From a virus: DNA of 64,000 bases. Below, in pieces: positions 52,090 through 63,078 of this stretch (its first letter is position 1; the number at the start of each line of letters is the position of its first letter). Under the pieces are notes generated by a model that worked only from the letters and a program-made list of their open reading frames with translations, did no database searches and was not told where the DNA came from. The stretch lies in the IMG/VR virus record IMGVR_UViG_3300023109_000011, positions 1 through 64,000 of that record; one strand, given 5' to 3'. A program made the position numbers and the translations under genes.

Positions 52090-55000
52090 TTAAAAAGTTC
52101 CTCCGTCTAGTGTTGTAACCGTAACATCACCACTAGAGACTGTAAAATTATTTATGTTAAATGAAGCAACACCAATATTGGTATCCGTTGCTAATTCACC
52201 AGCAATCAATATTTGATTATTGCTGACTGTTGTGTTGATCCCTTCACCTGCGGCAAACGAGATCCCTTCACCTAGCGCTACCACATCTGTAGTACCACTC
52301 TCAGCTGATATAGAGATACCTGCTGCTGATATTGAATCTAATTCTGTTTGTAAATATTGTAGGTTTACTGCATCTAAACTGTTGACAGGATCATTCAAAC
52401 CTGTTATAATACTATTATCCACTCCAATAATACTAGTGGCTGGGGATATTGTAAAGTCACCAGCTGTCGTAGATAATTGGTTGTTGGCTAATTCTAAATT
52501 CCCACCTATCGTAACTTCTTCGTCGAGATTCAACGCAAGCATTCGAGAGGTTCTTTGATTCATATCAAGATAGTAAGCCTGATCATTTGAATCATAGAAT
52601 CTTTGAGAATAGATGTATCCGTCTAGTACCTTCCAACTGTTGTTAATAGTATCAAAGTAAGTACCAAAGTTAAACGAACTACTTAAGTAACCAATTCGTG
52701 TTGATGTAGCATATATGTACTGAGCACTGAATGGACCAGTAGACATTTCAATCTGTGACTGAGATAACTGGTGACCAACGATCAGGTTCTTAATTTTAGA
52801 AGTTGATGATGGCTGTACAAAATAATCAGTATCATCTGAATCGATAAACTTAGGTGCTTGAAGGTCACCGGTCATTGTATCACCGGTTACGTTAATGTAC
52901 CTTGCATCAGCACCTGAAGCGTTAAAATCTAAAGTTGTTTCAATATGTACGTTTGAGTTGTTAACAACAGTATTCGATCCAACGACTGCACCATCTAAGA
53001 ATATGTCAAAGCTGTTGGTAGCAAAATCGAGTTTAAGACTTGCTGTATTAGCAGATACTCGAATACCACGCTCATCATTACCATTACGAACAGAGTTATC
53101 AATTACATCAAAGATCGATCCGGCAAAGTCAACAACCGCGTTAGATGATACAGATAGAGGAACGTTAATTAATGAACGAACACGACCATAGACGTCAAAC
53201 TCAAAGTTTGGAACTGTTCCTTCAACACCAGCTTCTCTTAAACCTACAAACGATTGCCAAACTGGATCTAATCCAATCTGCAATGTATTGTCTGCACTAC
53301 TATATGATTCGATTGTAAGAGCGGTACCAATTTCGATAGCACCGGGGTCAGAAGAATCTAATAGATCAAGAGGGTAAGTATTTGCACCTTTTGTTACATT
53401 AAAGGTACGAGCGTAGGTGTTTTCTAAATAATCTTTATTTACTGCATCAAAACTGTTGACAGGAGCATTCAAACCTGTTATAATACTGTTACCAACATTA
53501 AAGTTACCATCAAGGTTCAGGACTAGGTCAGCGTTGCTAGTTTGGATCTCTCCGTTAGCATTGACCTTAAAGTGTTCTACCCCAGCGGTAAAGAAACGAA
53601 GTTCGTCATTATCCGCACCTGGTGTGCTTTCAGCATCAATAAATGTATCTTGGTCAACGTCTTTAACGCCACCTAAAGAAGCCCAGGCCGTTCCACTATA
53701 TCCTTCGAATACTCCATCAGTAGAGTTGAAACGAACCATACCAGAAGCAAGACTAGCAGGACGGTCTGATGTTGTACCAACCGGAACAGTAAATGCACCA
53801 GTAGTATTAACACCGATAACGCCAGTATCCGATTCCAGTACTCTTATATATAGCGTGTCCCAGTTACTTCCAGTAGCACCTAAGTCGTATGTCGCGTCAT
53901 CCTTTGGAACTAAACTACTAGTAAAGTCTGCAACAACATTAATCGTATCTACGACATTGTCACCGAGCTGTAAGTTACCAGCAATCGTTACATCACCTGT
54001 AAATTCTCCATCGCCATCAACATAGAATTTAGAACCATCCCATGCTAACCCTGCAGAATCTTCAAGCTCACCATTTGTTCCAGTAAATACGACTCGTTGA
54101 GGAGTAAGATCTAAAACATTAACACTTGGTACAGTTACTTGATCACCGCCGAAGACACCACCGTCTCCAATAGTAAGTGATCCACTGATATCGACACTAC
54201 CTACAATATCAAGATTAGCACCATCATAAGTAAATCCAGAACTACCTTGTAATGCTCCATTGGCTCCAGCTACAAAGACTTGATTTTGTGTAACTGTTTC
54301 AATTGTAGGTGCAACTAAGAATGCAGAAGTCGCATTCACATTCATATGCGAACCATCGAACTGAATATTGTTATTCGATGATAATGCGCCGGTATCCGAT
54401 ACGAACATCATTGTGTTCGCTTGCAAGTTACCTACTGATAAGCTATCGCCTGATAAACCACCTGATGTACTAAAGTCACCATCAACCGTAATACCACCAA
54501 GGATTGTTAAATTGGTTCCATCCCATGCAAGGTTAGCTTCCCCGCGTAGGTCTCCGCCTGGGCCCGCGTAGACGATCCCACTGACAGGAATATCTGGAAC
54601 TTTAACACCTTCAAAGGTAGCATCACGAGTGCTGTAATCAAATATTACTGCGCCGTTAGCGTAATTAAATTCACCGTCTTGATTAATCTGTAATCTTTGT
54701 ACACCGGCAGTAAAGAAGTCGAGATCATCGCCATCATCGCCTGGTCCGGTTTCAGCCCGTATAAACGTATCTTTATCAACGTCTTTTACACTACCTGCCA
54801 ACTCAGCCCATGAATTACCGTCGTAACCTTCGAATCTCTCATCCGTAAGGTTATAACGAATCATTCCATAAGCGCTATTAGCTGGACGTTCAGCAGTTGA
54901 ACCAGCTGGTAAAGTTAAAGCACCGGATGTGTCGATAGTAATAACTTCACTATCGCTCTTAAGATTTTCTGTATAAACTCGATACCAGTTCTTACCTATC

Positions 55001-56220
55001 GTACCAAGACTGTATAGGCCTGAAGCATCAGGTATAATATCTGAAGTAAAGTCTGCAACGACATTGATTGTATCAATGGGAGCGTCACCAAGAATAATAT
55101 TACCACCAATCGTAATATTACCGGTAATGTCTGCATCACCATCAACTACAAATGTTGACCCGTCAAATGTAAGTCCACTACTATCAACTAACTCGCCTTG
55201 AGGACCAGTAAACACGACTCGTTGAGGTGTAAGATCTGTTACGTTAACTGAGCCTAGTGTTGTCTGGCCAGGAACAGAAAGTATGTCGAGGAACACACCA
55301 CCAGTTGCTGTAATCGAAACACCATCAAAGCTTAGGTTAGCAGAATCAATAAGCTCGCCGTTTGCACCGGCATACATAATTCGACCTTCGTTAAGGTCTT
55401 CAATGTTTACACTACCGAATGTTGCTTGGCCCGGAACAGATAAGTTGTCTAAGAAGACACCACCTGTTGCAATAATACTTGTATCGTTGAATGTTAGATT
55501 TGAAGAATCAATAAGCTCGCCATTAGCTCCAACGTATACTATGCGACCTTGCGTTAAGTCTGTAACATTAACACTTCCCAATCCAGACTGGCCGGGAACT
55601 TGTAATCCATCGAGGAATACACCACCATCTGCAATTAATGATGTACCATCGTATCGTAACCCATCCGTATCGATGATAGCACCATTAGCGCCAGCATATA
55701 GAATACGACCTTCTGTCTTATCTCTTATTGTAAGACTGTCAGCTGATACCGGACCACCGATGTCGAGAGATGATAAACCGACAAGTGTATCAACGGTTTC
55801 ACCGAGAGTTAGAGAGGTATTACCAATCGTGATATCATTTGAAATAATAACAGTCGAGTTGGCTGAGAAATTGAGTGGGTTAAGACTTGTATTTTCGAAT
55901 TGAGTAATATGACCAAACTGATCAATATTAATATTTTTTGGAAACTGAAGATTTCCGTTTACCGTGCTAACTTCAGAAGAAGTATTTGCGTGACCGATAA
56001 CAACGTTTGCGGCCTGATCATTAACTGTTTGAGTAACAATGATACCATTGGCACTTTCAATTTGCTGAACGTAATTACCAATTGTATCAATGCCAAGGAC
56101 GACAGAATCTGGAACGATCTGTGGCTTTCGTTCTGCTGGAGCGACTATGCTAGTTTTAGAACCTTCCTTGGGTATGGCCTTAATACTTCGGCCACCACCA
56201 ATCTTGACCTTTATGCTCAC
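52090..56220 (-). CDS. tail fibre / baseplate-attached structural protein (1376 aa)
   Basis: Tandem ~56-aa SVNV.DLT..R..Y.GANGELIDS repeats; two G.T..RP...GM.R(F/Y)N....FEGY.G..W..L.G.VKDVD.DTFI.AE modules; C-terminal LDGGTF. Confidence 0.85.
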   Translation of the reverse strand: MSIKVKIGGGRSIKAIPKEGSKTSIVAPAERKPQIVPDSVVLGIDTIGNYVQQIESANGIIVTQTVNDQAANVVIGHANTSSEVSTVNGNLQFPKNINIDQFGHITQFENTSLNPLNFSANSTVIISNDITIGNTSLTLGETVDTLVGLSSLDIGGPVSADSLTIRDKTEGRILYAGANGAIIDTDGLRYDGTSLIADGGVFLDGLQVPGQSGLGSVNVTDLTQGRIVYVGANGELIDSSNLTFNDTSIIATGGVFLDNLSVPGQATFGSVNIEDLNEGRIMYAGANGELIDSANLSFDGVSITATGGVFLDILSVPGQTTLGSVNVTDLTPQRVVFTGPQGELVDSSGLTFDGSTFVVDGDADITGNITIGGNIILGDAPIDTINVVADFTSDIIPDASGLYSLGTIGKNWYRVYTENLKSDSEVITIDTSGALTLPAGSTAERPANSAYGMIRYNLTDERFEGYDGNSWAELAGSVKDVDKDTFIRAETGPGDDGDDLDFFTAGVQRLQINQDGEFNYANGAVIFDYSTRDATFEGVKVPDIPVSGIVYAGPGGDLRGEANLAWDGTNLTILGGITVDGDFSTSGGLSGDSLSVGNLQANTMMFVSDTGALSSNNNIQFDGSHMNVNATSAFLVAPTIETVTQNQVFVAGANGALQGSSGFTYDGANLDIVGSVDISGSLTIGDGGVFGGDQVTVPSVNVLDLTPQRVVFTGTNGELEDSAGLAWDGSKFYVDGDGEFTGDVTIAGNLQLGDNVVDTINVVADFTSSLVPKDDATYDLGATGSNWDTLYIRVLESDTGVIGVNTTGAFTVPVGTTSDRPASLASGMVRFNSTDGVFEGYSGTAWASLGGVKDVDQDTFIDAESTPGADNDELRFFTAGVEHFKVNANGEIQTSNADLVLNLDGNFNVGNSIITGLNAPVNSFDAVNKDYLENTYARTFNVTKGANTYPLDLLDSSDPGAIEIGTALTIESYSSADNTLQIGLDPVWQSFVGLREAGVEGTVPNFEFDVYGRVRSLINVPLSVSSNAVVDFAGSIFDVIDNSVRNGNDERGIRVSANTASLKLDFATNSFDIFLDGAVVGSNTVVNNSNVHIETTLDFNASGADARYINVTGDTMTGDLQAPKFIDSDDTDYFVQPSSTSKIKNLIVGHQLSQSQIEMSTGPFSAQYIYATSTRIGYLSSSFNFGTYFDTINNSWKVLDGYIYSQRFYDSNDQAYYLDMNQRTSRMLALNLDEEVTIGGNLELANNQLSTTAGDFTISPATSIIGVDNSIITGLNDPVNSLDAVNLQYLQTELDSISAAGISISAESGTTDVVALGEGISFAAGEGINTTVSNNQILIAGELATDTNIGVASFNINNFTVSSGDVTVTTLDGGTF

Positions 56221-56555
56221 GAAACCTCCGTGATAGTATCGACTACGATTGCTAAGCCTTCAACTATTTTTGACAATTCTCCTGTTTGTTTTTGCATTAT
56301 TACGTCGTATTGATACTTTCCAGGTTTGAGAGCATCGGTTTGTTGATCAGTTAGAACGAGAGTGATGTCATTATTGGATTTTTCTATCGTGAAGTCTGCT
56401 AAACTCGTGCCTGAATATACTTTTCGTAGACTGCTATAGAAGCTATAAACGCTCATTGTTACGTCAGAATATTCTTGCCCTTCGTCGTTAAAAAGCTCGA
56501 TAGCGGTTCTAAAGTCAGTTCCTTTGTCAATGTATATGTTAGCTCTGGATGCCAT
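56217..56555 (-). CDS. small conserved virion structural protein of marine T4-like phages
   Basis: ANIYIDKGTDF, L.LTDQQT.ALKPGKY.YDV, IVEG...V; ATGA overlap with the fibre gene. Confidence 0.75.
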   Translation of the reverse strand: MASRANIYIDKGTDFRTAIELFNDEGQEYSDVTMSVYSFYSSLRKVYSGTSLADFTIEKSNNDITLVLTDQQTDALKPGKYQYDVIMQKQTGELSKIVEGLAIVVDTITEVS

Positions 56556-56595
56556 TGTGATGAACCTTCTTAGTTGATCCTGTTTCTTATATTTA

Positions 56596-57531
56596 TTAAA
56601 CTACTAATACGTTTCTATTTATTCGAGTAGACTGCACAGCCAGAACCCGTAAACCAGGACGTATCTTCGATCCTCTTCGAGAGGAGTCATTACGAATCAA
56701 AAAGAATATTTCATATTTACCGGTCAAATCAGTTATTGAATCGATAACTTTAGTGCCAGTAATTACTAGTTCATCACCTACAATATTAAAATCTCTCTGA
56801 TTAAATGTTTTAACTAATACGCAGCCCTTTCTTTGAAGTATATCGCTCCCAAACACCACATCGGTTTTTTCTTGAGCTGTGGCTGCTTTTGCAACACTTG
56901 GTTTTATCTTAAAGACAGAACCGGTTTGTGCTACATCAATTTTATTTTGTTGTTCTAGACTATCTATAATATCTTTAGCTTTTGAAGACCAATAGCTGTC
57001 CGCAGACTCCCACGTCTCAGCATTGTCTTTTTTAATCGATATTGGTATTTTTTGATTTGAAGTAGTAACAAGATTAATGTCAGCCTTTTTGCGACCAACA
57101 GTATCTCGTCCCATCTCTTCGATGCCGGCTATATTTTTATAGAGTTTATTCTTAACACCGTCTGTGATTCGAATATTGATAGGACCGCCTGCCGTGTATT
57201 GTTTCACAAGCTTTATCATTAAAAGCTCGTTTTGAATACCGGCAGAAAAGTTCCCTTGCTTGGATGCGGGTCTTGCTTTAATTGTGAATTGACCTACGGT
57301 AACCGCTCCTAAAGATGATGATCCTTTGTTGGGATCATATACAGCTTGAATATCTCGAAGTCCCTCTTCTACTAGCTGAAGAACTTCGAGACGATTACCG
57401 TCGGTTAAGATCGATATCGTTCTACCAGAATCTCTTTTGAGATTAGTGTAATCTAATAGCTTAAGGCGATTTTCAAGGTCAGCGAGCGAGAAGTCAGCAT
57501 TGCTGAGGGCATCAGCTGTAAGTCTCGCCAT
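56596..57531 (-). CDS. putative PD-(D/E)xK-type endonuclease
   Basis: G.QNE helix, KKADINL...IPISIKK motif resembling the restriction-like AD..x(S)xK active site; basic protein. Confidence 0.5.
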   Translation of the reverse strand: MARLTADALSNADFSLADLENRLKLLDYTNLKRDSGRTISILTDGNRLEVLQLVEEGLRDIQAVYDPNKGSSSLGAVTVGQFTIKARPASKQGNFSAGIQNELLMIKLVKQYTAGGPINIRITDGVKNKLYKNIAGIEEMGRDTVGRKKADINLVTTSNQKIPISIKKDNAETWESADSYWSSKAKDIIDSLEQQNKIDVAQTGSVFKIKPSVAKAATAQEKTDVVFGSDILQRKGCVLVKTFNQRDFNIVGDELVITGTKVIDSITDLTGKYEIFFLIRNDSSRRGSKIRPGLRVLAVQSTRINRNVLVV

Positions 57532-57545
57532 GGTGATCCCCCACC

Positions 57546-60500
57546 TTACTTATTAGACTTTAATTCATCGATCTGTTTTTGTTGTTCCTTAACGGCTTCG
57601 ATTAATAATGCGACCAAGTTAGAGTAAGAAACATTCTTAATCTTATCTTCTGAATCGTCTTCACCAACAACCTGTGGAACAATCTCTTCAACTTCTTGAG
57701 CGATAAGACCAATCTTCTTACCAGTCATTTCTTTAAAGTTGAATTCAACACCTCTTAAGGAAAGTACCTTATCAAGAGCGTTCTCGATCGTTTCTACGTT
57801 TTCTTTAACTCGAGCATCAGAAGTTGAGTTAAAGTCTGCAGCGGTTAATTCACCGGTTCCTGTATCGAACTTGAACCTTTGAGTTGTTCCTTCGCGAATA
57901 AAGATGTCGTAGCTAGCGTCAGCATCGATGTACATTGCTGTGCCGTTGTTATAGAATTCAATATCCTTACCAGTACCGAAGTTAAGCTTAATGTTATCGT
58001 TAAACGTTAAGTCACCACCAGCTTGAACATTGTTTCCGCCACCATCATATCCAGCAGGCCATGCAGTTTCAGTAACACCACCTAGTGTAATACCACCTTC
58101 GACTGTTACGTTTTCAACAGATAATTCGTCATCGATGCCGGTATAGAATAGGTTAGAGTTTCCGCCTCCTGGCAGTGGTCGTGGGTTAGGACCAGTTGTA
58201 CCATAAATTGGTCTACCACCTGAGCCACCTTGGACCAAGTTGACAAACATTGCAGTACCCTGAAGAGCACTAGTATAAAGGTTTTGTACGTCAACCGAAC
58301 CAGTCGTACCAGTTAAACCTTGAATACCTTGCGGTCCAGTTGCACCTGCAAAGCCTTGTGGTCCTTCTGGTCCTGGTATGCCATCGCCGCCTGCTCCACC
58401 TTGAATACCTTGCGGTCCAATACCAAATGGTCCTTGGAAACCTTGAACTCCGCGATATCCTTGGGCGCCACCGCCACCACTAGGACCGGAACCACCTTGT
58501 GCTCCTATGAATCCTTGGAATCCTTGCTCACCCTGAAGACCCTGTTCAGATCCACCGATTGGTCCTTGGAATCCTTGCTCACCTTGAACACCCTGTGCAC
58601 CAATAGCACCTTGTAAACCAAATCCTGAAGGACCTTGTCCACCATCAGCACCTTGGAATCCACGATAACCCTGTACACCAACTCCACCAGTTCCGCCAGC
58701 CTCACCTTGTGGTCCTTGGAATCCGCGTTCACCTTGAACACCCTGAATACCTTGAGGTCCACCGTTCTCAGCGCCTTGAACACCTTGGAAACCTTGAATA
58801 CCACGAGGACCTTGAGCACCTTCGACTCCATTACCGATTGCGCCCTGAATACCTATTTCACCCTGAACACCTTGAGTACCCTGTGGGCCTGGGTCACCAG
58901 CACCTCTTGTTCCTTGAGTTCCTTGGAATCCACGATATCCCTGAATACCCGTAGATGCATCACCCTGTTCGCCCTGAGGACCTTGAACACCTTGAGTACC
59001 GCTTGCACCCTGAGGACCTTCTTGACCTTGTCCAAATGCACCTTGAATACCTTGTACACCTTGAGTACCCTGTAGTCCCTGTACACCGTTACCGGTTAAA
59101 CCAGAAATACCTTGCGGCCCTTGTATACCTTGAGCACCTTCATCACCAGCAGGACCCTGCGTACCAATTGCACTCGGTCCTTGAGCACCCTGTGGTCCTT
59201 GAATACCTTGAGCACCATCTGTTCCTGGGCCGCCCGGCTGACCTTCATCACCAGCAGGACCTTGAATACCGTCTTCACCAGTTGTACCTTGTGGTCCTTG
59301 AGGACCAGCTGGACCCTGTGCACCTATACCGCCAGATCCATTAAATCCTTGGAATCCACGATAACCCTGTATCCCTAATGGACCTTGAGCACCGATACCA
59401 CCAGTACCACCTTGAATACCATCAGTACCTTGTGGACCCTGAGGACCTTGAACACCTTGAGCGCCAGCACCTTCAGGACCATCACCACCTTGAACACCTT
59501 GAGTACCTTGAACACCTTGAATACCCTGTGAGCCGATTCCTCCGCCGGCACCCTGTAAACCTTGAGCACCTTGGATACCAGTACCACCAGTAGCACCCTG
59601 AGGACCTGCTGAACCAGTGGCACCAATGTCACCAGTTCGAGCAAATGTAATTGTAACATCTTCACCATTTGCGAACGATCCGTTTCCACTCACAAAGTCA
59701 CAGTTGACAATGAAGTATCCACCTTGGTTAACCGTTCCGCTAATAGTAAAGATCTTGAAGTCTTGTGGTGCAGACTTCTTAGTAATCTTAAAGTGACCTT
59801 TAACAGGGCTTGTACTATCATCAATAGTAAGTAAGAAAGGCTCAATGTTAACGAAGTTATCGTCACGATCATCAATGAACATTGCTGTAATGTCAGCATC
59901 AGTTGTATCATTGACCTTTAACTTACCGAAGCCCGGATCAGCATTGTTTGTTGTATTGTCGAATGTGTAGTCGAATGTTACACCACCAAACGAACCATCG
60001 GCACCCTGAATACCTAAGTCACCTTGTACACCCTGTACACCCTGTACACCAGCACCGGTAAATCCTTGTATACCTTGAGCACCCTGAGGTCCTTGAGCAC
60101 CCTGCACACCAGCAGGTCCGCGTGGGATAAATGAGATTAGTGTTTCTGCTGAGTGAGATGCAGCAACCGCGGTCCAAGATGTCGCATTACCATCAACGTA
60201 ATTAACGTCAAAGTAACCGTAATTCTTAGAACCTGAATCCCAAGACCAGTTTGTAACTTCGTATACGAGCCAATGGTGTCCGCCAGGTCCTGTTCCGCCG
60301 GGGCCTGCACCTGCCTGAATTTTTAAATAACCTTTTACGGTACCAGGTTGATTATCAATGAAGTCTAAGAAGTCATCAATTTCTGTATCGTATTGGTCGA
60401 AAGGAACATCGTCAAGTGTTAATAGGTCAGCCAGAGTTGTGTTTGCATTATTCAGTTTCCAGTTGTTGGTGCCTGGGTCTGTTCCACCCAGTGTGTTAGA

Positions 60501-63035
60501 ACTCCAATTCCACTTGAAGGTCATTCCACCATATTCACCTTGGTCGCCCTGGAAGCCGCGCCAACCCTGTAATCCTTGAGCACCTTGGGTACCTTGCGGT
60601 CCTTGCATACCTTGGATTGCTTCACCTTGTACGCCTTGGATACCTTGTGTACCCTGCATACCCTGAACACCTTGTGGTCCTTGCATGCCCTGGATTGCTT
60701 CACCCTGAACACCTTGGAGACCTTGCATTCCCTGAGGACCCTGTGGTCCTTGCATACCTTGAATAGCTTCGCCTTGAACACCCTGTAAGCCTTGGAGACC
60801 TTGAGTACCCTGCGGTCCTTGAGGTCCTTGGATACCTTGGATTGCTTCACCTTGTACACCCTGAAGGCCCTGTAAGCCTTGGAGACCTTGCAATCCTTGA
60901 GTACCCTGCGTTCCTTGAACACCTTGAGCACCTTGTAAACCTTGGAGACCTTGCATTCCCTGAATACCTTGATCACCAGTTCTGACAAACGAGATTCGGA
61001 AATCAGTACCATTAGGATAGGTTTGAGCAGCTGACATTGTATCAACGTCAATGAGATACCAACCTGAACCAGCGTTACCATTCAGAGCGCCACCAGTAAC
61101 TTCGAACAGGGCATAATTGTAAACGTTTGAAGCGTCTGCTAACTTTAAGTAACCCTTATTGCCTGGGTTAGTTGATGCAAAGAAGTCTGCAAGCATTGCA
61201 GCAATTTGTACACTATCAGCATCTTCAACATCAAAGTAAAGTTGAGTAGAGTTACCGAAGACAGAATTGTTACCTTTTACAAAACCAATGCCGGGATCTG
61301 ATGCTGTCGTGTCGGTAGCGTCATATGTAAATCTAAATGTAACTCCACCGTAAGCACCGGTAAAGCCTTGGGTACCTTGAGCACCCTGTAATCCTTGTGT
61401 TCCCTGAGTACCTTGAGAACCAGTTACACCTTGAGGTCCTTGTACACCCTGTAATCCTTGAACACCTTGTAGTCCCTGTGGACCTTGTACACCTTGAACG
61501 CCTTGAGGACCAAGATCACCTTGTAAACCCTGAACACCTTGTGGTCCACGGAAACCTTGGATACCTTGGTCACCTGCAATACTAAATGCAACAACCAAAG
61601 GTTGAGAAATAAACGTGCCTGAACCAGGAGAAGATTCTGCAACAAAATGTTCTTTAGCAGCAGAACCAGAAACGTATGTGACATCGAGTTCCCAATATGA
61701 TCCATCATCAACCATTGTTTGAACGGTAAAGATAACGTATCTTGAAGGTTCATCGCGTCTTGTAATTTTTACGAATGCTTTATTTGCGGATGTAGACTGA
61801 GATACAGCAGTGAGCAAAGGCTCAATGTCATTGTTATAGGTATCATTTTCGCTGATATAAAGTTTAGTTACAGCACTAAAGTCGTCAGTTGGATTTGATT
61901 GACCGTTAACTTGGAAGAATCCGCCGGGAGGAGCAGGAAACTCTCCACTCGTGTTCATCATTCCAAAGTCTATAACACCACCTGAGTCTGTACCGTTATA
62001 TCCTTGTAAACCTAACTTACCTTGGATACCGGTGAAACCTTGCGTACCTTGAACACCTTGTGTTCCCTGAGTACCTTGAATACCCAAGTCACCTTGAATA
62101 CCTTGTGTACCCTGAACACCTTGCGGTCCACGTCTACCTTGAACACCCTGTGTTCCTTGGAAGCCACGGAAACCTTGAAGACCTTGAGTACCCTGTGCGC
62201 CTTGGAAACCACGAACACCACGATAACCCTGAACACCAGTATTACCGGTTGGTCCTTGAGTACCTTGTGGTCCTAGATCGCCTTGTAAACCTTGAATCCC
62301 TCTGAATGAACCAATGTTTATCCAAGCGGCTCCGTCATAAATCCAGAGCTCATCATCGGCTTCATCAATAACACCGTCACCGGTATTGGGAGTTGCAAAT
62401 GCTGCGTTTAATGTTGCTTGAGGATCACCGCCTGAGTCAACATCTGGTACTGATCCGACAATAGTAAAGCCAGGACCATACTCACCTTGAGTACCTTGAA
62501 CACCTTGTATGCCCGGTATACCTTGACCAACCGAAACAACTGGATCTGATCCAAATACCATGATACTAAATGCACTTGCACCAGATGGAGCGGTTGCAGC
62601 ACCATTGTCATCATAGAACGAAGCTTCAAATCCGTTGACTGTTTTACTTTGAATCGAAACTAACCGGCTATCGTCATTCAATTCACCGTCAGTAATAACA
62701 GTATAATCTGTGTCAGGCTGAGCGGTATCGAAGGTAAAGTCTGCGGTCCCAGCAGCTCCATCCCAGTTGGACATTGAGATTCCAGTACCTGAGATATCTG
62801 CTGTTTGGCCTACTCGAATAAATGCGAATGGAAGGATAGCATTAACTGCTCCTCCTGTCCCTGCGCCTGCTAGTTCTACCCAAGCAGTTCCATCGGAAAA
62901 ATATACCTTATCGTTATCGGCATAAACGAGAGCGCCCTCGTGGACGACAGGATCTAATGTAATCGGAAACGCTTGCGGCGTTCCGAAGCCTATTAGCTTA
63001 CTTCTTCCTGTTAGTGTGCCGAATCTATTGGCCAT
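57546..63035 (-). CDS. collagen-like tail fibre with four inserted globular domains and a C-terminal S74 chaperone
   Basis: Long Gly-X-Gln runs; four ~125-aa GG(V/M)(T/I)F...KG..KI...F..RGD-type domains; TSDARVKENV...GLIAQEVE...LLIEAVKE. Confidence 0.9.
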   Translation of the reverse strand: MANRFGTLTGRSKLIGFGTPQAFPITLDPVVHEGALVYADNDKVYFSDGTAWVELAGAGTGGAVNAILPFAFIRVGQTADISGTGISMSNWDGAAGTADFTFDTAQPDTDYTVITDGELNDDSRLVSIQSKTVNGFEASFYDDNGAATAPSGASAFSIMVFGSDPVVSVGQGIPGIQGVQGTQGEYGPGFTIVGSVPDVDSGGDPQATLNAAFATPNTGDGVIDEADDELWIYDGAAWINIGSFRGIQGLQGDLGPQGTQGPTGNTGVQGYRGVRGFQGAQGTQGLQGFRGFQGTQGVQGRRGPQGVQGTQGIQGDLGIQGTQGTQGVQGTQGFTGIQGKLGLQGYNGTDSGGVIDFGMMNTSGEFPAPPGGFFQVNGQSNPTDDFSAVTKLYISENDTYNNDIEPLLTAVSQSTSANKAFVKITRRDEPSRYVIFTVQTMVDDGSYWELDVTYVSGSAAKEHFVAESSPGSGTFISQPLVVAFSIAGDQGIQGFRGPQGVQGLQGDLGPQGVQGVQGPQGLQGVQGLQGVQGPQGVTGSQGTQGTQGLQGAQGTQGFTGAYGGVTFRFTYDATDTTASDPGIGFVKGNNSVFGNSTQLYFDVEDADSVQIAAMLADFFASTNPGNKGYLKLADASNVYNYALFEVTGGALNGNAGSGWYLIDVDTMSAAQTYPNGTDFRISFVRTGDQGIQGMQGLQGLQGAQGVQGTQGTQGLQGLQGLQGLQGVQGEAIQGIQGPQGPQGTQGLQGLQGVQGEAIQGMQGPQGPQGMQGLQGVQGEAIQGMQGPQGVQGMQGTQGIQGVQGEAIQGMQGPQGTQGAQGLQGWRGFQGDQGEYGGMTFKWNWSSNTLGGTDPGTNNWKLNNANTTLADLLTLDDVPFDQYDTEIDDFLDFIDNQPGTVKGYLKIQAGAGPGGTGPGGHHWLVYEVTNWSWDSGSKNYGYFDVNYVDGNATSWTAVAASHSAETLISFIPRGPAGVQGAQGPQGAQGIQGFTGAGVQGVQGVQGDLGIQGADGSFGGVTFDYTFDNTTNNADPGFGKLKVNDTTDADITAMFIDDRDDNFVNIEPFLLTIDDSTSPVKGHFKITKKSAPQDFKIFTISGTVNQGGYFIVNCDFVSGNGSFANGEDVTITFARTGDIGATGSAGPQGATGGTGIQGAQGLQGAGGGIGSQGIQGVQGTQGVQGGDGPEGAGAQGVQGPQGPQGTDGIQGGTGGIGAQGPLGIQGYRGFQGFNGSGGIGAQGPAGPQGPQGTTGEDGIQGPAGDEGQPGGPGTDGAQGIQGPQGAQGPSAIGTQGPAGDEGAQGIQGPQGISGLTGNGVQGLQGTQGVQGIQGAFGQGQEGPQGASGTQGVQGPQGEQGDASTGIQGYRGFQGTQGTRGAGDPGPQGTQGVQGEIGIQGAIGNGVEGAQGPRGIQGFQGVQGAENGGPQGIQGVQGERGFQGPQGEAGGTGGVGVQGYRGFQGADGGQGPSGFGLQGAIGAQGVQGEQGFQGPIGGSEQGLQGEQGFQGFIGAQGGSGPSGGGGAQGYRGVQGFQGPFGIGPQGIQGGAGGDGIPGPEGPQGFAGATGPQGIQGLTGTTGSVDVQNLYTSALQGTAMFVNLVQGGSGGRPIYGTTGPNPRPLPGGGNSNLFYTGIDDELSVENVTVEGGITLGGVTETAWPAGYDGGGNNVQAGGDLTFNDNIKLNFGTGKDIEFYNNGTAMYIDADASYDIFIREGTTQRFKFDTGTGELTAADFNSTSDARVKENVETIENALDKVLSLRGVEFNFKEMTGKKIGLIAQEVEEIVPQVVGEDDSEDKIKNVSYSNLVALLIEAVKEQQKQIDELKSNK

Positions 63036-63078
63036 TTAGTATTTCTCCGTGATCCTTTATTATACTATATATGTTGTT

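Noticed and set aside
58100-62630. Many alternate-frame and antisense ORFs in the collagen gene; CRISPR-like periodicity
   Set aside because: By-products of CAAGGT codon repeats; there is no constant repeat with unique spacers
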